The notes under the pieces were generated by a model. It saw nothing but the letters and a program-made list of their open reading frames with translations, was not told the DNA's origin and searched no databases. Both the position numbers and the translations under genes were made by a program. From the NCBI GenBank assembly GCA_963762255.1, contig CAVXKA010000001.1:1632001-1696000 (forward strand): a DNA stretch of 64,000 nt. The letters are read 5' to 3'. Shown here piece after piece: positions 58,450 through 64,000 of this stretch (its first letter is position 1; each line of letters begins with the position of its first letter). This DNA comes from Candidatus Eiseniibacteriota bacterium (GTDB lineage Bacteria > Eisenbacteria > RBG-16-71-46 > JABDJR01).

Positions 58450-59394
58450 GTGAGCATGACGCCCGATCCTCGACCTTCGATGGGATCCTCGAACGCGTCG
58501 CGCCCCAGCCTTCACCTGGTTCGCGGGGGGAAGCCCGCGGCCCCGGTTTGCGCGGCGCGCGTGCTTGCGGTGGCGAGCGGCAAAGGCGGGGTCGGCAAGA
58601 CCAGCCTCGCCCTCAATATCGGTCTCGCGCTGGCCGGCCTTGGCCGCCGCGTGCTGCTTGTCGACGGCGACCTCGCGCTCGGCAAGCTGGACCTGCTTCT
58701 CGGTGAAGAACCCACGGCCAACCTCGGCCACGTCTTGAACGGCGAGTGCCCGGTGGAGCAGGCGGTCTTCGCCGCGGCCGGGGGGATACGGGTGCTCGCC
58801 AGCCCTTGCGGTCGCGACGAGTTCGCGGTGCTCGACCCCGCGCGGCGCGAACGCTTCTGTGCGGCCATGGCCCGCGCCGGCGCCGCTGCGGATCTCGTGA
58901 TCCTCGACCTCGCCACCGGCATCGGACCGAACTCCATCGAACTGGCCCGCCGGGCCGGCGAACTCGTGGTGGTCACCACCCCCGAGCCGACCGCCAGCAT
59001 CGACGCGTACGCCTTGATCAAGATCCTCGGTGGGGCGCATGCAGCCGCACCGCGGATCGTCGTGAACCGGGCGCGATCCTCGGAGGAGGCCGGCGAGGCC
59101 TTCGCCCGCCTCGCCCACACCGCGAGCCGCCATCTTCGCACCGAGCTCGTGAGCTGGGGGCACGTGCTGGAGGATGTCGCGGTCGAGGACGCGGTGAGAC
59201 GGCAGAGGCCGTTCATCCTGGGCGCCCCCGACGCCCCCGCATCCCGCTGCGTGCGGGATGTGGCGCAGCGACTTCTCTGCGGCGACCGGCCCGACGAGAG
59301 CACTCGGATCCCCGTCCCCGCGAGTTCACCTTCCCTACCCCCGGGCCTCGGCTTCTTCCGTCCCGCCGAGCGCTGTGTATGGGAGGCAGCATGA
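58450..59394 (+). CDS. flhG: FlhG/FleN-like MinD-family ATPase
   Basis: VASGKGGVGKT, LLVDGDL, VTTPEPTASIDAYALIK, VVNRA; directly upstream of a sigma28 gene. Confidence 0.85.
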   Translation: MSMTPDPRPSMGSSNASRPSLHLVRGGKPAAPVCAARVLAVASGKGGVGKTSLALNIGLALAGLGRRVLLVDGDLALGKLDLLLGEEPTANLGHVLNGECPVEQAVFAAAGGIRVLASPCGRDEFAVLDPARRERFCAAMARAGAAADLVILDLATGIGPNSIELARRAGELVVVTTPEPTASIDAYALIKILGGAHAAAPRIVVNRARSSEEAGEAFARLAHTASRHLRTELVSWGHVLEDVAVEDAVRRQRPFILGAPDAPASRCVRDVAQRLLCGDRPDESTRIPVPASSPSLPPGLGFFRPAERCVWEAA

Positions 59395-60209
59395 GTCCGT
59401 CCCCCCGAACCGTGACAAGGAGAGACCGTCCCATGGCAACGCAACGTGCCGCCCTCGTCGAGGTCAGTCCGGCCGAGACCCCGCGTCCCAAGGCGTGGAA
59501 GAAACCCTCGAAGGATGAGGCGTTTCGGCGTTACGCGCCGCTCATGAAGTACGTGGTGGATCGCGTGGCCTCCAACGTTCCCAAGTACGTGGAACGCGAC
59601 GACCTTCTCAATGCCGCGGCCCTCGGCCTCTTCGATGCCCTGGAGAAGTACGACTTCGGCAAGGGCACCAAGTTCGAGACCTACGCGGTGTGGCGCATTC
59701 GCGGTGCGGTGCTCGACGAGCTGCGCGCGATGGATTGGGCCAGCCGCTCGGTGCGGCGCAAGGCCCGGCACGTCGACGCCATGACCCGCGACCTGGATCA
59801 GCGGCTCGGTCGCGCGGCCAGCGACGACGAACTTGCCGAGACCATGGACGTCTCCTCGGTCGAGATGGCCCGTCTTCTCGAGGAAGTGCGGGGCGTCGTG
59901 CTCCTTTCCCTCAACCAACCGGCCGGGGACGGCGAGGAAGGGCACTCCGGCGGTCTCGCCGAGGTCATCGAGGATCCCAACACCGAGGACGCGCTCAGCG
60001 AGCTGGAGCGCGCGCAGATGTCGGACATCCTCGTGGACATCATCAGCGATCTCACCGAGCAGGAGAAGCTCGTGCTCGCGCTCTACTACTACGAAGAGAT
60101 GACGCTCAAGGAGATCGGGCAGACGCTTGGCATCTCGGAATCGCGCGTCTCGCAGATCCACACGAAAGCGATCGGGCGGCTCCGCGGCCGCGTGCGCAAG
60201 GCTGCCTGA
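59391..60209 (+). CDS. fliA: FliA/WhiG family sigma28 factor (alternative start 59433)
   Basis: KFETYAVWRIRGAVLDELRAMDW, LYYYEEMTLKEIG..LGISESRVSQIH. Confidence 0.93.
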   Translation: MSPSPRTVTRRDRPMATQRAALVEVSPAETPRPKAWKKPSKDEAFRRYAPLMKYVVDRVASNVPKYVERDDLLNAAALGLFDALEKYDFGKGTKFETYAVWRIRGAVLDELRAMDWASRSVRRKARHVDAMTRDLDQRLGRAASDDELAETMDVSSVEMARLLEEVRGVVLLSLNQPAGDGEEGHSGGLAEVIEDPNTEDALSELERAQMSDILVDIISDLTEQEKLVLALYYYEEMTLKEIGQTLGISESRVSQIHTKAIGRLRGRVRKAA

Positions 60210-60238
60210 ACCACCATCCGAACCGGGGGGACGATCCA

Positions 60239-61561
60239 GTGAAAACCACGACCACGAAGCAATTGAACGGCAGCGCGGCGCCGCGCACCAAGGCGACGGC
60301 GCCCTCGGCCAAGACCGCCACGCCCTCGGCCAAGACCGCCGCGCCTTCGACGAAGACGGCGCCCACCTGCGCCAAGGCCATGCGCGAGAAGAAGGCCCTG
60401 GTGGCCTCTCTCCAGGGACTCGGTCTCCTTGCGGACGACGCCGCCGAGCGCCTGGAGCAGAAAGCGGACAAGCTGGCCGACGCCAACGGCGACGCGCTGG
60501 CTCAGGCGTCCGGATGGGATCACGCGCTGGCAACGACCCTCAACGAGTTCGCGGCGGACGGCGGTGACAGCCGCGCCAGCGATTCACTGAACGCGCTGAT
60601 CGCGTGGCACAACGCGCTCGACGCGCTGCCCGCGACCGAAGAGGGCCTGCGACACGCGATCGTCACGCTCAAGCGCGCGATCCCCCACGATGGCGCTTCG
60701 ATCTACTTGCGCGACTCCGACGCCGCGACGGTGTCACCCTTTCTCCATCAGGGCATCGAGGTGGAACTCATCGGGCGCATCCGTTTCACGGAGGGGCAGG
60801 GCTTCTCGTCCTGGGTGGCCGGGCGTCGTCGTCCGGTCCTCTACACGTCCGTGCACCGCAACGAGGCGCCCACGGCGATCCTGGTCCGATCGTTCATCGC
60901 GGTGCCGCTCGTGGTGGGCTCCGACTGCCTGGGCGTGCTCCAGATCGGGAGCCTCAAGGACGGCTACTTCACACCGCGCTCGCTACGCGTGGTCATCCTC
61001 GCCGCCGCCATGCTGGCCGGCCTGGTGCAGCGGTACATCGCTCGGCGCCAACTCGCCGCGCGCGAGATCCGCGACGCCGTCACCGGGCTCGCGACTCCGG
61101 ACTACCTGCGCCTGCGCCTCGACGAGGAGGTGGCGCGCTGCAGCGAACTCGGGCACTCGATGAGCGTGGTCACCCTGCGTCTCGACGGCCTCGACGCCCA
61201 CGTCGAACGTTTCGGTCCCGACTATCGCGACCGCTGCCGGGCCGAACTGGCCGAACTGGTCAACGCCTGGCGCGGGCCCGCCGAGCTGGTGGCCCTCGAT
61301 GCCTCGGGCAAGATCCTCGCCCTCCTTCCCTCCAAGCGGCGGGACCGTGCCGGTGAGCGGGTGGCGGCTCTGGTCGCCGCGGTCGAGAAACATAACTTCC
61401 CGCGCCGCAAGCGGATGTCCCTCCTGGCCGGGATATCGGCGTACCCCGCCGATGCCGACGATGCTCAAGGCCTGCTCTCGCAAGCCGATAATGACCTGTA
61501 TGAATCGACTCGGGCCGGCGGGCAGGAGCCCGCGGCACTCGAGACGGTGGCCTTGTCCTAG
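60239..61561 (+). CDS. GAF plus degenerate GGDEF-fold protein with Lys/Thr/Ala-rich N-terminal repeats
   Basis: GAF (GQGFSSWVA, SFIAVPL); RDAVTGL...L.EEVAR, AGISAYP...LLSQADNDLY; GGDEF signature replaced by LDASGK. Confidence 0.8.
   Translation: MKTTTTKQLNGSAAPRTKATAPSAKTATPSAKTAAPSTKTAPTCAKAMREKKALVASLQGLGLLADDAAERLEQKADKLADANGDALAQASGWDHALATTLNEFAADGGDSRASDSLNALIAWHNALDALPATEEGLRHAIVTLKRAIPHDGASIYLRDSDAATVSPFLHQGIEVELIGRIRFTEGQGFSSWVAGRRRPVLYTSVHRNEAPTAILVRSFIAVPLVVGSDCLGVLQIGSLKDGYFTPRSLRVVILAAAMLAGLVQRYIARRQLAAREIRDAVTGLATPDYLRLRLDEEVARCSELGHSMSVVTLRLDGLDAHVERFGPDYRDRCRAELAELVNAWRGPAELVALDASGKILALLPSKRRDRAGERVAALVAAVEKHNFPRRKRMSLLAGISAYPADADDAQGLLSQADNDLYESTRAGGQEPAALETVALS
60301..60363 (+). 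repeat. 21-nt tandem coding repeat (PSAKTA[TA])
   Basis: gccctcggccaagaccgccac / gccctcggccaagaccgccgc / gccttcgacgaagacggcgcc. Confidence 0.8.
61465..61491 (+). promoter_or_regulatory. Internal sigma28 promoter upstream of the REC-GAF-kinase gene
   Basis: TCAA-N15-GCCGATAA, one mismatch from the TAAA-N15-GCCGATAA consensus. Confidence 0.6.
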
Positions 61562-61585
61562 CCCGATAGGGTGAAGCGGGATTCC

Positions 61586-63325
61586 ATGACCCAACCATCG
61601 GACAAAGTCGACCCCAAGGCGGCGCAGCCCAGGCTGTTGATCGTCGACGACGAAGAAAACGTCGTCGAGATCCTCGCCGATCTGTTCTCCGAGAAGCCGT
61701 ACGACGTCGACACCGTCAACACCGGTGAAGAAGCGATCGAGCGCCTCGGCACGGGCCGATACGACCTGGTTCTCACCGACATCAACCTCCCCGGGGTGAA
61801 CGGCCTCGAGGTCGTCGGTGCGGCCAAGAATGCGGACCCCGAGATGGTCGTGATCGTCATCACCGGGTACGCCTCCACCGGCACCGCCATCGATGCTTTG
61901 CGACGCGGTGCGTACGACTACATCACCAAGCCCTTCGATCTCTGGGAAGTGGAGCAGATCGTCGGCCGCGGCCTCGAGGGGCGCCGGCTCATTCATGAGA
62001 ACCGCCGCCTCGTTCAGGATTTGCAGTCGGCGAACGAAGAGCTGCGCCGCCACGAGGAGATCCTCAAGGAGAAGGTCGCGGTCGCCACTCGCCGCATCCG
62101 CACGCTCTACGAGATCAGCAAGGACGTCAACGCGAGTCTCGATGTCGCCAACACGCTGCACTTCATCGTCAGCCAGGCGGCGGTGCTCAGTCACGCCCGT
62201 ATGGGGCTGCTCTTCCGCCGGCGCGAAAACACCGATACCTTTGTGGCCGAGACCGGATTCGGACCGGCCGCGGAGCTGGTCGGCACGGCCACCGTCCACA
62301 CCGGCCGCGGGGTGATCGGAAAGGTCGCCGAGACCCTCGTGCCGGCCTGCGCCGACGACACGGAAGCGCGCGGCTTCAGCGAGGGGTTCCTCGCCGACTT
62401 GAGCGTCTGCACGGTGCTCGCGGTTCCGCTCCAGCACAAGGGCCGCCTCCTGGGCGTCCTGACCGTGATGGAGAAGGAAGACGGGGTCTTCACCGACGCG
62501 GATCGCGATCTTCTCGAGTCCTTCGCGTCTCAGGCCGGCATGGCGCTGGGCAACGCCGAACTCTACGAGACGGCTCGCGAACTCGACCGCATGAAGTCGG
62601 AGTTCGTGGCCGTAGTCTCCCACGAGGTGCGCACGCCGCTGACCTCCATCCAGGGATCCCTCGAACTCGTTCTGGACGAGCGTTACTTCGAGATGGTCCC
62701 CAAGATGCGCGAACTCTTGAGCATCTGCCAGACCAACGTCGAGCGCTTGCGGCTTCTCATCAACGACATCCTCGATTTCTCGAAGATCGAGGCGAGTCGC
62801 TTGAGCCTGAACTTCTCGCCGATGGCGATGGGTGAGCTGGCCGGCGAAGTGGTCGCCTCCATGGAGGCGCTGGCCGGACAGAAGGGGATCGTGATGCGCG
62901 TGGACGTCGCCGACGATCTGCCCTCCATTCAGGCCGACCGGATTCGCGTGGGGCAGGTTCTCGGCAACCTGCTCGGCAATGCGCTCAAGTTCACTCCCAT
63001 GGGCGGGCAAGTGGACCTGATCGTGGATGCCACTCCGCAGGGCGGGGTGCAGTGCGTGGTGAGCGACACCGGAGCCGGCATCGCTCCCGAGGACCTGGGC
63101 AAGCTCTTCCAGAAATTTCAGCAGATCGACTCCTCGCTCACTCGCAAGCAGGGGGGAACCGGTCTCGGATTGGTGATCTCGAAAGGGCTCGTCGAGGGGC
63201 ACGGCGGCCGCATATGGGTCGAGAGCCAGGTCGGAGTGGGCAGCCGCTTCTGCTTCAGTCTCCCCTCGGTACCTCCGGACGCCGCGACGGACGGAGAGGC
63301 CCAGGAATCCGCGAAGGCCGCCTGA
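61586..63325 (+). CDS. Hybrid signalling protein: REC-GAF-HisKA-HATPase
   Basis: LLIVDDE..LTDINLP..YITKPF; GAF; SHEVRTPLTSI, NALKFT, DTGAGI, GGTGLGL. Confidence 0.93.
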   Translation: MTQPSDKVDPKAAQPRLLIVDDEENVVEILADLFSEKPYDVDTVNTGEEAIERLGTGRYDLVLTDINLPGVNGLEVVGAAKNADPEMVVIVITGYASTGTAIDALRRGAYDYITKPFDLWEVEQIVGRGLEGRRLIHENRRLVQDLQSANEELRRHEEILKEKVAVATRRIRTLYEISKDVNASLDVANTLHFIVSQAAVLSHARMGLLFRRRENTDTFVAETGFGPAAELVGTATVHTGRGVIGKVAETLVPACADDTEARGFSEGFLADLSVCTVLAVPLQHKGRLLGVLTVMEKEDGVFTDADRDLLESFASQAGMALGNAELYETARELDRMKSEFVAVVSHEVRTPLTSIQGSLELVLDERYFEMVPKMRELLSICQTNVERLRLLINDILDFSKIEASRLSLNFSPMAMGELAGEVVASMEALAGQKGIVMRVDVADDLPSIQADRIRVGQVLGNLLGNALKFTPMGGQVDLIVDATPQGGVQCVVSDTGAGIAPEDLGKLFQKFQQIDSSLTRKQGGTGLGLVISKGLVEGHGGRIWVESQVGVGSRFCFSLPSVPPDAATDGEAQESAKAA

Positions 63326-63404
63326 TAGGATCATCGGGCTTGGAGCCGGGATACGTGATAGACTGTGTCTTGTTTATCCCCGCCTCCCGAGAACGACGAT
63401 AACC

Positions 63405-64000
63405 ATGAGCCAACCCATCCGCCTTGAGCCACCCGCCGAGCCCTCGGCGAGCTTCCCGCACGCGCGGGCTCACCGGCGCGTGGTCCCGGAGGACGTGCTC
63501 CTCGTCCTGACCTACCGCTGCAACTCCCGGTGCGTGATGTGCGGCATCTGGGAAGGCGACCAGTCGGGGAAGGGGGAGCTCACCCCCGAAGAGTACGCAA
63601 AGATCCTCCCCGCCACGCTGCGCGACATCAACCTCACCGGCGGCGAGGTCTTCCTGCGCAACGATCTTCCCGAAGTGGTCGCGGTGGTGCATGGGACCGT
63701 GCCCAAGGCCCGCATCGTGATCTCGACGAACGGTCTGCAACCCCGGCGGACCGAGAAGATGCTCCCCGAGATCCTCAAGGCCGCCCCCGGGATCGGGTTC
63801 GCGATCTCGATCGACGGCGAGGAAGGGGTTCACGACAAGGTGCGCGGCATCCGCGGCGGGTGGAAGAAGGCCTACGAAACGGTGCAGCTCATCCAGGCGG
63901 CGGGCGTAACCAATCTGCGGATCGCGTTCACCGCCACCGTGACCGAGGTCGCCGACAACACCTCGCACCTGGGCAAGATCTACGACCTCGCCCGGCGGAC
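63405..64000 (+). CDS. Radical SAM protein (3' truncated, absent from the ORF track)
   Basis: Own translation from ATG 63405: LTYRCNSRCVMC (CxxxCxxC), INLTGGE.FLR.D, ISTNG, ISIDG...HDKVRG. Confidence 0.9.
   Translation, partial: MSQPIRLEPPAEPSASFPHARAHRRVVPEDVLLVLTYRCNSRCVMCGIWEGDQSGKGELTPEEYAKILPATLRDINLTGGEVFLRNDLPEVVAVVHGTVPKARIVISTNGLQPRRTEKMLPEILKAAPGIGFAISIDGEEGVHDKVRGIRGGWKKAYETVQLIQAAGVTNLRIAFTATVTEVADNTSHLGKIYDLARR

Noticed and set aside
63375-63404. GACGATAA sigma28-like -10 before the radical SAM gene
   Set aside because: No matching -35 at the right spacing and too close to the start codon.

Overview
GC-rich bacterial chromosomal window, mostly core and regulatory genes; no CRISPR array, rRNA, tRNA or transposase was recognised. 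From left to right: (i) the tail of a hybrid sensor kinase; (ii) a compositionally atypical two-gene unit made of a small secreted pre-peptide and a TPR-sigma54 enhancer-binding protein; (iii) envelope and hydrolase genes (S9 peptidase, frameshifted Ig-like lipoprotein, molybdopterin oxidoreductase, Ada, GGT, YigZ, M14 peptidase, GT-C glycosyltransferase); (iv) a dcw cluster (mraZ-STAS-rsmH-ftsL-ftsI-murE-murF-mraY-murD-ftsW-murG-murC-ftsQ-ftsA-ftsZ) with a STAS gene and a structured spacer after mraZ, and a MurG carrying a ~400-aa disordered N-terminal extension; (v) TPR protein, rpmB, recG; (vi) a signalling block with two HK/NtrC pairs, an XRE-cupin, a 64-aa Cys-rich ORF under a canonical sigma54 promoter, an orphan MglA-like GTPase, and flhG-fliA-degenerate GGDEF-hybrid kinase without neighbouring flagellar genes, with sigma28-type promoters upstream of mglA and of the hybrid kinase; (vii) a truncated radical SAM gene. 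The best candidates for new biology are the peptide/TPR-sigma54 pair, the sigma54-to-sigma28 cascade that appears to target MglA, and the IDR-MurG fusion. All calls were made by eye from motifs; no database search was run.
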